64,000 nucleotides of DNA from an uncultured bacterium (GCA_963766885.1 CAVYBO010000001.1:196352-260351); one strand, 5' to 3'. Counted from the stretch's first letter, positions 19,385 through 29,862 are shown. The notes: generated by a model not told the origin, from the letters alone. Made by a program: numbers and translations.

Positions 19385-20602
19385 ATGAAAAAACCGAAGA
19401 AAAATATAAAGGCCAGGAAAAAAGTCCAAAAGCAAATCAAGAAATCTGCAAAAAAACCTGCTAAGAAAGTGAAAGTAAAGCAGAAAAAGACCGCTACAAA
19501 ACCAAAAAAACCGGCGAAAGTTTTATCAAAAAAATCTAAAGATTCAGAAAAGAAAGCCGTACTATTGATACAGCGAGGCAGAGACAGAGGATTTATCACT
19601 TATGATGAAATAATCAAAGATTTTCCAAATATCGAAGACGATGTTTCTTTCTTGGATTCTCTTTATGAGCGTCTAAGCACTGCTGGGGTGGATATTCTTG
19701 AGAGCGGAGGATTTTTGGATATTAAAACAGAGGATGAGGATTTCTTAAAAAAATACGGATCAAAAAATGAAAACTACGATTCAATACAGATGTATCTCAA
19801 AGAAATCGGCCAATATCCTCTGATTCACGCCGCCGAAGAAAAAGAATTGGCCAAGAGGATTGAAGTCGGAGATGAAGAGGCCAAAAATCTTCTGGCCAAG
19901 GCCAACTTGCGATTAGTGGTTTCCATTGCCAAAAAATATGTTGGCCGAAGTCCAGATTTGACTTTACTTGATTTGATCCAAGAAGGAAACCTAGGACTCT
20001 TTAAAGCTGTTGATAAATTTGATTGGACAAAAGGCTATAAATTTTCAACGTATGCTACTTGGTGGATTAGGCAATCTATCACTCGTGCGCTTGCAGACCA
20101 GTCTAGAACAATTCGCGTGCCAGTGCACATGGTTGAAACAATCGCCAAATACAAACAGGTTGTCAGAAGATTGAGTCAGGATTTGGGACGAGATCCGATG
20201 CCTGAAGAAATAGCGCTTGAAATGGGACTTGATGTGGATAAGGTTTATCAGATAGAAAAAATTGATCAGACTACAATTTCTTTAGATACTCCTGTTGGAG
20301 ATGAAGGTGATGAAAAGACTACTTACGGAGACTTTATTGCTGATGAAAAAATCCCTTCTCCAGACCAGGATTCTTCACAAAGAATCCTCAAAGATCAAGT
20401 TGGAGAAATATTGGATGACCTTTCAGAAAAAGAACGCAGAATCTTGGAAATGAGACACGGTTTGGTGGATGGCATTCAGCATACACTTGAAGAAGTGGGC
20501 AAGACTTTTGCTGTCACTCGCGAACGAATCCGCCAAATTGAAGCCAAAGCTCTAGAGAAAATCCGCACTCACGAACGTGTAGCACGACTGAGGAATTATT
20601 AA
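19385..20602 (+). CDS. rpoD: RNA polymerase sigma-70 factor RpoD with Lys-rich N-terminal extension
   Basis: Regions 1.2-4 are present: [42 protein letters not shown] and a C-terminal HTH. It directly follows dnaG as in the macromolecular-synthesis operon. Confidence 0.9.
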   Translation: MKKPKKNIKARKKVQKQIKKSAKKPAKKVKVKQKKTATKPKKPAKVLSKKSKDSEKKAVLLIQRGRDRGFITYDEIIKDFPNIEDDVSFLDSLYERLSTAGVDILESGGFLDIKTEDEDFLKKYGSKNENYDSIQMYLKEIGQYPLIHAAEEKELAKRIEVGDEEAKNLLAKANLRLVVSIAKKYVGRSPDLTLLDLIQEGNLGLFKAVDKFDWTKGYKFSTYATWWIRQSITRALADQSRTIRVPVHMVETIAKYKQVVRRLSQDLGRDPMPEEIALEMGLDVDKVYQIEKIDQTTISLDTPVGDEGDEKTTYGDFIADEKIPSPDQDSSQRILKDQVGEILDDLSEKERRILEMRHGLVDGIQHTLEEVGKTFAVTRERIRQIEAKALEKIRTHERVARLRNY

Positions 20603-20663
20603 AAAATATTAATTGATTTTAGTCAACAGAGAAATTAACCTTAATTTAAGGCATAATTTGCTC

Positions 20664-23555
20664 ATGCAGGACAACGTCTTTAAAGAAAAATACAAGAATC
20701 TTACACCTAGACAAAAGGAAGCGGTGGACACAATAGATGGTCCTGTGATGGTTATTGCCGGCCCTGGGACAGGTAAGACTACAATTCTGACGCTTCGTAT
20801 TGCAAATATACTGCTTAAGACTGATACTCCGCCGTCGGGTATTTTGGCTATCACATACACAGACGCTGGAGTCAAAGCCATCAAAAGTAAACTACGAGAA
20901 ATCATTGGCAGTCGGGCAGAAGAAATTCGTGTGCACACATTTCATAGTTTTGCTGCTTCTATTATTGGAGAATTCAGGGATCATTTTGTTCATTTGGATC
21001 TTTCCTCGCAAATTACGGATGTGGAAAGTGAATCTCTTGTCAGAAAAATTCTGGAGAAAAAAGAATTTGCAATGCTCAGGCCGCTTGGAAATCCCGAGTT
21101 CTATATCAGTTCAATCTTAAGAAACATAAGCGAAGCCAAGAGGGAAGCTTTGAGCACAGAAATAATTGAAGAGTTTGCAAAAGAAAAGATTAAAGAAACA
21201 AAAAGTTCAAAAGAAAAGCTTCGGGCTGTGGATTTGAAGATAATTGAAAAAGCGGAAAAGGCCACTATCTTTGCCAAAATTTTTAAAGAATATGAAGAAG
21301 AAAAGAAAAGGCAAAATAAAATTGATTTTGATGATTTGATATTTGAGCTTATCCAAGCGCTTCGCCAAGACAAACTTTTGCTTCAGTTGTTGCAAGAGAA
21401 GTTTTTGTATTTTTTGATTGACGAGCATCAGGACACCAACGATTCTCAAAATGAAATCATAAAAATTTTAGCTGATTTCTTTGAAAATCCGAATGTCTTT
21501 ATTGTTGGAGATGAAAAGCAGGCGATTTATCGATTTCAAGGCGCATCAGTAGCAAACTTTTTACGTTTCCAGAATCTTTGGAAAGATATGAAAGTTATAG
21601 CTCTTGAAGAAAACTTTCGTTCACATCAAAATATTTTGGATGCAAGCTTTTCTTTAATTGAACAAAATTATAATGCTGATGAACATAGAAATTTAAGGGT
21701 AAAGTTAGAAGGTAGAAAAAGAGAAAAGCCGATAGATTTGATTCTTGCTCCGGATATTTATTCAGTCGAAGGTTATATCGCCAAAGAAATAAAAGAGATT
21801 ATTAAAAGCGATCCTGATGCAACAATCGCAATCATTTCCAGGAGGAACCGTGATGTTGAAGAAATTACGCAGGCTCTGGAAAAACACGGAATTGATGTTT
21901 CTTCAGAGCGAAAAATTGATATTTTTAGGCACTCGGCTGGAATTTTATTTTTCTCACTCATTGAATTTCTTAATGATTCAACACGAATGGATGCTTTTGG
22001 AACCACGGTTGCTTTGGGCCTTTGGCATCTTGATTTTGACAGGGAAGTAGAGGTTTTAAAGATGGCTCGCGCGGGCAATGCCAAAGAAATTGAGAAAAGA
22101 ATTCCTGCAATTAAAGAGATAAAAAAGGCAATTGTTTCAAAAAGCCCGATTGAATTTTTATTTGAAGTAGCAAAATTATCAGGATTTGAAGAGCGAATTG
22201 CTTCTGATATTGGTTCTGTCGAAGCTTGGAGAGGGATTATTTCTTTGTCAGAAAGCATTGTAAAAGAAAGAAATATAGGCAATTCTCTTGAACTTATTTC
22301 AGCGCTTCTAACATATAAAACTTCTGCCGAAGAAAAAAGCATCAAGATTCCGGTCGGAATTCCCGAAGCAAAAGTTGTCTCGATGACCGCTCACGGCAGC
22401 AAAGGTTTGGAGTTTGATTATGTGTTTATTCCTTTCGCCACGGAAGAATCTTGGGTTGGAAGAAAGCGGGCTGAATATTTTTTGCTGCCGTTTCAATCAA
22501 AAAATGAAGACGAAAATATCAAGGATTTGCGAAGGCTTTTTTATGTTTCGATCACTCGCGCTCGTAAACACGTAATTGTTGTGGTTCCAGAAAAAGACAA
22601 AGATCAAAGAATATTCAGCCCACTCCGATTTATTGATGAGCTAGACAAAAAATCTGTCAAAGAATTTGCTGCGCCGGAAGTAAAAATGGAAATAAATAAT
22701 ACGGTTTCCAGAAATGATAGCCTGCATGCGCAGACAGGTAAAAGAATTGCGGATTACGCCAAAAGAGTGATTTTAGAAAACGGACTTTCTGTCACAGCTC
22801 TCAATCACTTTCTCAAATGTCCAAGCGAATTTATCTGGAAAAGTATTCTGAAGGTTCCCGAAGCGCCGAGCCCCACAGCGGAGCGTGGAAACGCCATGCA
22901 CAAAGCTTTTGACCGCGTATGGAGATTGAAAGAAAAAAATGAAGAATTAATTGCAAAGACAATCAAAGAAACAGTCTTGGAATATTTTAAAAATTCACAA
23001 TTACCTGTTTTTGAAAAAGAATCAATAACCAAAGATCTACTAGAAAAAGCGCCGATTGTCGCCAAAAGCCTGCGCGAACATTTCAATACAATGGGTGAAA
23101 TTCACACCGAAGAATGGAGTGAAAAAGTTTTTGATTTGGAATTTCTGGAAAGGAAAATAACTTTCAGAATTCACGGCAAGCTAGATGCTTTGATAGATAC
23201 TCCAAAAAACGTGTTTGTCTTTGATTACAAGACTCGCGGTAAAATGAGCGTTAATGAAATAAAAGGCAATACCAAAAATTCCACTGGAGATTATTTCAGA
23301 CAATTGGTTTTTTATAAGTTACTTTTGGAAGGGAATAGTAAGTATAAGAGCAAAGAAATTATTCCATCGCTCGTTTTCTTAACACCTGACGAAAAAGGCA
23401 AATGCCACATTGAGACGTTTTCAGTTTCCGAAGACGACATTAAACAGGTTAAAGAAAATATTGACTCTCTGGCAAAAGCTGTCTGGTCTGGAGAAATAAC
23501 TCAAATGAAGTGTGATGACAAAGATTGTGAGCACGGTAAGATTTTAAGTTTATAA
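20664..23555 (+). CDS. UvrD/PcrA-family DNA helicase fused to C-terminal RecB/Cas4-like (PD-(D/E)XK) nuclease domain with Cys cluster
   Basis: N-terminus LTPRQKEAVDTIDGPVMVIAGPGTGKTTILTLRIA is UvrD motif I; motif III-like FLIDEHQDTN follows. The C-terminal approx 200 aa has a D...DYK nuclease-like core and a terminal C-x5-C / KCDDKDCEHG cysteine cluster. Confidence 0.75.
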   Translation: MQDNVFKEKYKNLTPRQKEAVDTIDGPVMVIAGPGTGKTTILTLRIANILLKTDTPPSGILAITYTDAGVKAIKSKLREIIGSRAEEIRVHTFHSFAASIIGEFRDHFVHLDLSSQITDVESESLVRKILEKKEFAMLRPLGNPEFYISSILRNISEAKREALSTEIIEEFAKEKIKETKSSKEKLRAVDLKIIEKAEKATIFAKIFKEYEEEKKRQNKIDFDDLIFELIQALRQDKLLLQLLQEKFLYFLIDEHQDTNDSQNEIIKILADFFENPNVFIVGDEKQAIYRFQGASVANFLRFQNLWKDMKVIALEENFRSHQNILDASFSLIEQNYNADEHRNLRVKLEGRKREKPIDLILAPDIYSVEGYIAKEIKEIIKSDPDATIAIISRRNRDVEEITQALEKHGIDVSSERKIDIFRHSAGILFFSLIEFLNDSTRMDAFGTTVALGLWHLDFDREVEVLKMARAGNAKEIEKRIPAIKEIKKAIVSKSPIEFLFEVAKLSGFEERIASDIGSVEAWRGIISLSESIVKERNIGNSLELISALLTYKTSAEEKSIKIPVGIPEAKVVSMTAHGSKGLEFDYVFIPFATEESWVGRKRAEYFLLPFQSKNEDENIKDLRRLFYVSITRARKHVIVVVPEKDKDQRIFSPLRFIDELDKKSVKEFAAPEVKMEINNTVSRNDSLHAQTGKRIADYAKRVILENGLSVTALNHFLKCPSEFIWKSILKVPEAPSPTAERGNAMHKAFDRVWRLKEKNEELIAKTIKETVLEYFKNSQLPVFEKESITKDLLEKAPIVAKSLREHFNTMGEIHTEEWSEKVFDLEFLERKITFRIHGKLDALIDTPKNVFVFDYKTRGKMSVNEIKGNTKNSTGDYFRQLVFYKLLLEGNSKYKSKEIIPSLVFLTPDEKGKCHIETFSVSEDDIKQVKENIDSLAKAVWSGEITQMKCDDKDCEHGKILSL

Positions 23556-23630
23556 TTTGACTTAGTTTATTTTTAGTGCTACTGTAACGAAAGTTACCTT
23601 GAACTAATAAAACCTTAGAAAGAAAAAAAC

Positions 23631-23852
23631 ATGGATATCACGAGTGTCGGTGTGGATGCTTTGATCAAGCACATCCAAGGCGAAGCAGAGCCCAACTGCG
23701 GTGAGTGTGAAGGTAGGTTAAGAAACCTTACACCTTTCATTCTCGAGCTGGATTTGCCGGAAGTTTCCGACGCCTATAATCAGGCGTTAAGTAATGCCAT
23801 TGAATGCGATAAAAAAGTCGCCCAAATGCGTAAAGAATACGCTCGCCGCTAG
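23631..23852 (+). CDS. hypothetical small Cys-containing protein (73 aa)
   Basis: ORF in a GC-elevated segment with a PNCGECEG motif. A hairpin plus T-rich tract follows its stop. Confidence 0.3.
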   Translation: MDITSVGVDALIKHIQGEAEPNCGECEGRLRNLTPFILELDLPEVSDAYNQALSNAIECDKKVAQMRKEYARR

Positions 23853-23901
23853 GCCAATTAACTAAGGACCCATTGTCTTCGGACTTTGGGTTCTATTTTA
23901 T

Positions 23902-24615
23902 TTACTGATTTTTTAAAATAGTATCGAGCGCGTTTGAGATGTCAGAATAGGTGACGGCTCCAGGGACCACAATAATTCCGTTTTTGGATATGATAAACGC
24001 TGTTGGTGTGCCGGAAACATTCGCAGTATTTCCATCTGCATATTCTTGCGAGATGATAGAAGAATTTTTGCCGCTTGAGACGCAATTATCAAAAGTGGTT
24101 TTATCAATTCCTTCCGCCACGGCGTATTTATCTGGATTGGTCAGCCCGTCGGTATCTTGGTTGGCAAATATTTGGCCTATATAATCAAAATATTTATCGT
24201 TTCCTGCCAGTTCAGCAACGCATTCTGCTGCTTCTGCCGCTTGGCCGCCCAAAGGATGGAAAGCGCTGCCGTCAGGAAGATTTCTTGGCGCCCAATAAGT
24301 GCGGTACACCCAGGCCACGCCTTTGCTTTGGTAGTCTTGCATCACTTGGCGCATCGTTACATCAAATTCCTTGCAGTATGGGCACTGAAGATCTCCGTAT
24401 TCAACTATCTTTATCGGTGCATTTGGATTGCCCATCACATGATCCGCAGAGTCAACTGGTTTTACAGTGATGTTTTGTTCAGCTTCTAGTGGATTTGTTG
24501 CGTTTGATTTGCTTGAAAAATAAATCGAAACACCTACAATTAATGCGGCTAAAACAATCGCCACAGGAAGAGCCCAAGAATTTGTTTTTTTTGTATCTAA
24601 GTTTTCTGATTCCAT
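23902..24615 (-). CDS. membrane-anchored DsbA-family thiol:disulfide oxidoreductase
   Basis: N-terminal TM anchor, then a thioredoxin-fold CPYC active site (DLQCPYCKEF) in DsbA-like context. Confidence 0.7.
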   Translation of the reverse strand: MESENLDTKKTNSWALPVAIVLAALIVGVSIYFSSKSNATNPLEAEQNITVKPVDSADHVMGNPNAPIKIVEYGDLQCPYCKEFDVTMRQVMQDYQSKGVAWVYRTYWAPRNLPDGSAFHPLGGQAAEAAECVAELAGNDKYFDYIGQIFANQDTDGLTNPDKYAVAEGIDKTTFDNCVSSGKNSSIISQEYADGNTANVSGTPTAFIISKNGIIVVPGAVTYSDISNALDTILKNQ

Positions 24616-24627
24616 TTTATTTATAAG

Positions 24628-25203
24628 CTAAAAGGGAAGTGATCGATTCAAAACTGCGTCCTTTTTTGTATCCCAATTTGATGTGTCAATAATAGCATCT
24701 TTTATAAACTCGCCGTCTTTGTATTTTATTTTGCCGTTTTTTAAAGCGTATTCATAAACTTCTTTTGTTACTTTCACATCCTGAAGACAATATTTGCGAA
24801 TGCTTTCAATATCACCTTTTTTCCACCATTCAATTGCTTGGAGCCCGTTTCCGCTTTTGCCGTGTCCTAGCGTTGCTTCGGCAATGTTACCAAGACCGAC
24901 TCTGTGGCCAATTGATTTGCGCACATCTTCTAGCAAGTCCAAGCTTTTTATATTGTTTAAATCTCCGTGATAATATTTGTTTAGAAGCGGCACATCAAAA
25001 TGATTACTATTAAAACCTATTAGCACATCTGTGTCCTCCAAGATTTTCCAAAGCTCGGGCAATTCTTCAACTAGGTAGCTTGAATATTTATCTGCAGAGT
25101 AATCATAAATTCCAACAAGCGAAATATCCAAAAGCACAGGGTCAGCCTTGCCCACATCATCAAACACATTTCTTGTTTCTATATCAAATACTACTTTTCT
25201 CAT
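24628..25203 (-). CDS. DEDDy-type 3'-5' exonuclease (DnaQ/RNase D-like superfamily)
   Basis: Exo I VVFDIETRNVFDD, Exo II NSNHFDVPLL, Exo III YCLQDVKVTKEVYEYA (Y-x3-D). Confidence 0.65.
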   Translation of the reverse strand: MRKVVFDIETRNVFDDVGKADPVLLDISLVGIYDYSADKYSSYLVEELPELWKILEDTDVLIGFNSNHFDVPLLNKYYHGDLNNIKSLDLLEDVRKSIGHRVGLGNIAEATLGHGKSGNGLQAIEWWKKGDIESIRKYCLQDVKVTKEVYEYALKNGKIKYKDGEFIKDAIIDTSNWDTKKDAVLNRSLPF

Positions 25204-25217
25204 GTTTTTATATTTTG

Positions 25218-25673
25218 TTATTTTCCAATTGCATAAATTTCTGCAAATCTTACACTGTTTTCTAAATCGTGTAACAGTTCTGAAGACTTTTTCATTTCTA
25301 CTCCAATTTTCTTTGTTAATGTTTTGTCCTTTTCATCCTCATATTTTTTTAAACCGTCGTCTATAAAGTTTTCTAAAACAGGAATTAGTTTTTCTTTCAC
25401 GATCTTTGTAATAAATGTTAAGTCTTCATTTGGAAAATCAAAGTAGACAATTTTACCCATCTCTCTATCTGCTTCAGTTATCCCTGAGTATTCTTGGATT
25501 ACCGAGATTAAATACTTGTATTTTATGGAGAAATTTATTAGTAGTTCCAAATCTATTTTTTCCGGTGAAAAATTAGAAAGAGTTTCAAATGTTCTTGCGT
25601 CAGTTAACAGAGATTCTATCCTTTCTTTTACATCTTCAGCACCAGTTTTTTCCGTTTTTGATTCAGGATTCAT
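25218..25673 (-). CDS. hypothetical protein (151 aa)
   Basis: Clean ORF lying between the HisRS-like gene and the exonuclease gene on the same strand. No recognised domain. Confidence 0.4.
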   Translation of the reverse strand: MNPESKTEKTGAEDVKERIESLLTDARTFETLSNFSPEKIDLELLINFSIKYKYLISVIQEYSGITEADREMGKIVYFDFPNEDLTFITKIVKEKLIPVLENFIDDGLKKYEDEKDKTLTKKIGVEMKKSSELLHDLENSVRFAEIYAIGK

Positions 25674-25693
25674 TTTTTATATATTGAATAATT

Positions 25694-26506
25694 TTATTTA
25701 AGTGGAAGACCGTGAGTTTCCAAAAAGTCGCGGATGGTCACGTCTCCCATCCCAAATCCGACAGTCGGAAGAGGTTCAACTCCAAACATTTCAAGTAGGT
25801 TGTCGTATCTTCCACCGCCGCAAATTGATCTGTTGTTTTCTCCGCTGGCATCAAATAGTTCAAAGACAATTCCTGTGTAATATGTTTGTCCTCTTGCAAG
25901 CGATTCATCAATCTTGGTATTTTTTATACCCAACTCTTCTAATTTGTTTTTGATTTGAGCTAGATCAATCTCTTTATTGCTTGGATTATTCAATCTTATT
26001 TCAAAACTATTGTCATCGGCACCAAATTCTTTCATTATTTTGTAAGTTATTTGAATCATTTCTATCTCAGCATCCATTCCAGAAATTCCCATAATGTCGC
26101 AATTTAATTGCCAGTGTTCACGCTTTCTTCCGCGTTGAGGTCTTTCGTATCGGAAGCAATTTGGAATTGAGTACCATCGCAGTGGAAGTTTGAGGCCTTT
26201 GCGACGCGCTGCAATCATTCTGGCAAGAGTCGGTGTCATTTCTGGTCGTAGGGCAACTTCACGATCTCCTTTGTCGGTGAATGTGTACATCTGCACGTTT
26301 ACAATTTCATCGCCGCTTTTCACCTTGTAAAGTTCCGCTGATTCCAAAATTGACGCGCTGTATTCTTGATATTTAAATTCTTCTGCCACTTTTCGCCATA
26401 CGCCAAAAATGTAGTTCTGGATTGTCATATCTTCTGGGTAGAAATCGCGGACACCTTTGTAGGGCTCGGTTGGAAGCTTTTTCTTTTCTTGTTTTTCTTC
26501 AGCCAT
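25694..26506 (-). CDS. histidyl-tRNA synthetase-like class II catalytic domain protein lacking anticodon-binding domain (HisS/HisZ-like)
   Basis: Class II motifs are present: ALRPEMTPTLAR (motif 1 region), FRYERPQRGRKREHWQ (motif 2) and CGGGRYDNLLEMFG (motif 3). The protein ends 25 aa after motif 3, so no anticodon-binding domain is encoded. Confidence 0.7.
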   Translation of the reverse strand: MAEEKQEKKKLPTEPYKGVRDFYPEDMTIQNYIFGVWRKVAEEFKYQEYSASILESAELYKVKSGDEIVNVQMYTFTDKGDREVALRPEMTPTLARMIAARRKGLKLPLRWYSIPNCFRYERPQRGRKREHWQLNCDIMGISGMDAEIEMIQITYKIMKEFGADDNSFEIRLNNPSNKEIDLAQIKNKLEELGIKNTKIDESLARGQTYYTGIVFELFDASGENNRSICGGGRYDNLLEMFGVEPLPTVGFGMGDVTIRDFLETHGLPLK

Positions 26507-26528
26507 TGTTATGCTATTTTACTAGAAT

Positions 26529-27272
26529 ATGGCTCAAATACAATCTCAAATTTTACTCAACAAAAAAGAAGGAGAAACTCCTTTGGAGGCAATTTATCGC
26601 TTCAAGACAGCAAATCCTGATTATAAAGACTTGCCGATGACATACGCTGGCAGACTTGATCCGATGGCTGAAGGCCTGCTTTTGTTGCTTGTTGGTGAAG
26701 AATGCAAGCAAAAGGATAAGTATTTGAAATTCTCAAAAGAGTATGAAGTTGAAGTACTTTTGGGATTTGAAACGGATACATCTGATATTTTGGGTAAGAT
26801 TACCAAAATTGAAACGAAGCCTGAAATTTTTTCAGAAGAAAAAATTTCAGGCGCTCTTCTGTCTACAAAAAATATTGCACAAAAATATCCAGCCTATTCT
26901 TCCAAAACTTTTGAAGGCAAACCTTTGTGGCAGTGGGCAAGGGAAGGAGAAGAAAAGGAAATTGAGTCTGATGCCAAAATTACCGATGCAGAATTTTTGG
27001 AACAAAGAGAAATAAATGGAAACGAGCTTTTAAAAAATATTTTTGAGCGAATTGCCAAAGTAAACGGTGATTTTCGTCAGCAAGAAATTTTAGAGCTGTG
27101 GCGAGAAAAAATAAATACAAATGAAAATTACCAAATTATTTCTCTAAAAATATCATCAACAGGTGGTGCTTATATGCGCGTCTTTGCATCTCAACTCGGC
27201 AAAGTTTTAGGCATACCTGCTCTGGCTTTTTCTATAAAGCGAACAAAACTTGGGGAATATAAATTAGAATAA
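26529..27272 (+). CDS. truB: tRNA pseudouridine(55) synthase TruB-like
   Basis: Catalytic-Asp motif YAGRLDPMAEGLLLLLVGE and KEYEVEVLLGFETDTSD are TruB motif I/II. Confidence 0.75.
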   Translation: MAQIQSQILLNKKEGETPLEAIYRFKTANPDYKDLPMTYAGRLDPMAEGLLLLLVGEECKQKDKYLKFSKEYEVEVLLGFETDTSDILGKITKIETKPEIFSEEKISGALLSTKNIAQKYPAYSSKTFEGKPLWQWAREGEEKEIESDAKITDAEFLEQREINGNELLKNIFERIAKVNGDFRQQEILELWREKINTNENYQIISLKISSTGGAYMRVFASQLGKVLGIPALAFSIKRTKLGEYKLE

Positions 27273-27274
27273 AT

Positions 27275-29092
27275 TTATTCTAATCCCTTATCTCTTCTGC
27301 CTGCTTTGTCGCGGGCGGTTTTCGTAAGGAATCTTTTGCGCAAGCGCACAGACTTCGGAGTAATTTCCAAAAGCTCGTCGTCTTGCATCACCTCAAGTCC
27401 TCTTTCAATATCAATTTCTAGGTGCGGTGTTAGATACGTTGTGCCGTCAGAACCGGATGCGCGCATGTTTGTAAGCTGCTTGCCTTTGGTTGGGTTGATG
27501 TCCAAGTCTTCGCCTTTGGAAGTATTACCAACAACCTGCCCAATGTAAACTTCTGTTCCAGCTCCCAAATAAAGCACGCCTCTTTGCTGTAAATTATCCA
27601 AGGCAAATGCAAGCGCTTTGCCAGCTTCCATTGAAACCATAGATCCAACTTCGCGCTTTTCAATTGTTCCAGCGTATTCTTTAAAATCAATAAATCTTGA
27701 GCATATAATTCCTTCGCCTTTTGTATCAATAACAAATTGGTTTTTGTATCCTAAAAGTCCGCGGGTTGGAATTTCAAAAATAATTCGCACTTGCGAGCCT
27801 TCTTGCTTCATATTGGCCATCAAACCTTTTCGTCTTGAAAGTTTTTCGATGATTGCACCGCTGAATTCTTCTGGCGTGTCAATTGTTACTTCCTCGTAAG
27901 GCTCAAGTTTTTTGCCGTTTTCTTCTTTGACGATTACGTGCGGCTGAGAAACAGCAAGTTCAAACCCTTCTCTTCGCATATTTTCAAGCAATATAGCAAT
28001 GTGAAGCTCGCCTCTGCCGTAAACGCGGAATTTATCCGCAGCAGAAAAATCAACTTTAAGTCCGATGTTTACTTCAAGTTCCTTTTCCAATCTGTCGCGG
28101 ATTTGTCTTGTTGTTACAAATTTTCCTTCTTTGCCAGCAAATGGGGAATCGTTAACCATAAAATCCAAAGAGATTGTCGGCTCATCAACGTTGATGGCGG
28201 GTAAAGATTCTTGATTTGCATCGTGGCAGATCGTGTCTCCGATATAAATATCCGGAATTCCAGCAACCATCACAATGTCTCCGGAATGAGCTTCCTTGAC
28301 TTCTTTTTTGGCAACACCATCAAAGGTATAAAGTTTTGTAATTCTGTAAGGTTTGGCTTCACCAGATATTTTTTTATTAAAAACAGTTTCCCCATCAGTT
28401 ATTGTTCCTTCGTAGATTCTGCAAACCGCCATTCTGCCCAAGAAGTTGTCGTAAGCCAGGTTGAAAGGCTGCGCGCGAAGCGGCACGTCATCCTTTGTAT
28501 TTGCTGGTTGGACATGTTCAAGTACTGTATCCAAAAGGGGATTGAGATTTACTCTTTCATCAGTTAAGTTTTTCATCGCCACGCCTTCTCGGCCGATTGC
28601 GTAGACAACGGGGAAGTTGAGCTGTTCGTCGTTTGCTCCAAGGTCAATAAAAAGCTCCAAGACTTCGTCGTGGACTTTGTTTGGATCTGCGGCAGGCTTG
28701 TCTATTTTGTTGATAACCACAATCGGCTTTATTCCAAGTTCTAGGGACTTTTTGAGTACAAAGCGAGTTTGAGGCATCGGACCCTCCTGAGCGTCTACTA
28801 CGAGCAATACGCAGTCAATAGAACGTAAAACGCGTTCTACCTCGCTACCAAAGTCGGCGTGACCAGGTGTGTCTACAATGTTGATTTTGGTGTCTTTATA
28901 GAAAACAGAGGTATTTTTGGCATAAATAGTAATACCGCGCTCTTGTTCAAGGGCGTTTGAGTCCATAGAGACACCTTCTTTGACCATTCCTGTCTGCTTC
29001 ATCAAAGCGTCTGTAAGAGTGGTCTTTCCGTGGTCCACGTGGGCGATAATCGCTATGTTTCTGATTTGTATACTTTCTTTCATATCTTTCAT
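27275..29092 (-). CDS. typA: translational GTPase TypA/BipA
   Basis: IRNIAIIAHVDHGKTTLTDALM G-domain start. 605 aa with an EF-G-like domain arrangement. Confidence 0.9.
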   Translation of the reverse strand: MKDMKESIQIRNIAIIAHVDHGKTTLTDALMKQTGMVKEGVSMDSNALEQERGITIYAKNTSVFYKDTKINIVDTPGHADFGSEVERVLRSIDCVLLVVDAQEGPMPQTRFVLKKSLELGIKPIVVINKIDKPAADPNKVHDEVLELFIDLGANDEQLNFPVVYAIGREGVAMKNLTDERVNLNPLLDTVLEHVQPANTKDDVPLRAQPFNLAYDNFLGRMAVCRIYEGTITDGETVFNKKISGEAKPYRITKLYTFDGVAKKEVKEAHSGDIVMVAGIPDIYIGDTICHDANQESLPAINVDEPTISLDFMVNDSPFAGKEGKFVTTRQIRDRLEKELEVNIGLKVDFSAADKFRVYGRGELHIAILLENMRREGFELAVSQPHVIVKEENGKKLEPYEEVTIDTPEEFSGAIIEKLSRRKGLMANMKQEGSQVRIIFEIPTRGLLGYKNQFVIDTKGEGIICSRFIDFKEYAGTIEKREVGSMVSMEAGKALAFALDNLQQRGVLYLGAGTEVYIGQVVGNTSKGEDLDINPTKGKQLTNMRASGSDGTTYLTPHLEIDIERGLEVMQDDELLEITPKSVRLRKRFLTKTARDKAGRRDKGLE

Positions 29093-29268
29093 ATAAATAA
29101 AAATACGGCGCTAGCCGTGCCTCAATTAAAACATTTTTAACAAATTTTGGCAAATACGAAAGCTCGAAATAGCTTGCCTCGTGCGACACGCATAAAATCC
29201 TGCTGGATTTTTGCTATTCTCGCGCCGTCGCGCTGTGAAGTGTCTTACTCGACAACTATTTTGAGCTT

Positions 29269-29862
29269 TTAGCTTTTTCTAGCTTTGATGATTTCTATCG
29301 CGCTTGGGATTAGAGAAAGAATGATTATGACAATAACAACAGGTAAAACATATTTGTCTGGATTTGGAATAAGCTTGCCGAAGAAATATCCGCCATAAGC
29401 CATTCCGCAAACCCACAAAACTCCGCCAATAAAGTTGTATGAAAGAAAAGTTTTATATTCCATATTTCCAACTCCAGCCAGGATTGGCACAAACGTGCGA
29501 ACTACTGGCACAAACCTTGCCAAAAGAATTGACTTGCGTCCGTATTTTTCAAAAAACTTTTCTGACTTGGCGATATATTTTTTGGAAAGAAAAATCGAGT
29601 CTTCTTTGGTAAAAAGTTTTGGGCCGATTTTTTTGCCAAAGGCGTAGCCCACGTTGTCTCCCAAAATTGCGCAGATTGAGCCAAGGGTAGCGAGCGCCAC
29701 GATGCTGATGTATCCGTGTGCGGCCAAAAGTCCTGCGGTAAAAATCAAAGAATCACCCGGAAAGAAGAATCCAAAGAAAAGTCCAGACTCGGCAAAAATA
29801 ATTGCCAGAATTCCGATGAATCCAAGGCCTTGTATCAAAAACTGGGGATTTAAGTATTGCAT
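29269..29862 (-). CDS. DedA/VTT-family membrane protein
   Basis: GLFFGFFFPGDSLIFTAG ... ARFVPVVRTFVPILAGV match DedA family motifs. Multi-pass membrane protein. Confidence 0.8.
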   Translation of the reverse strand: MQYLNPQFLIQGLGFIGILAIIFAESGLFFGFFFPGDSLIFTAGLLAAHGYISIVALATLGSICAILGDNVGYAFGKKIGPKLFTKEDSIFLSKKYIAKSEKFFEKYGRKSILLARFVPVVRTFVPILAGVGNMEYKTFLSYNFIGGVLWVCGMAYGGYFFGKLIPNPDKYVLPVVIVIIILSLIPSAIEIIKARKS

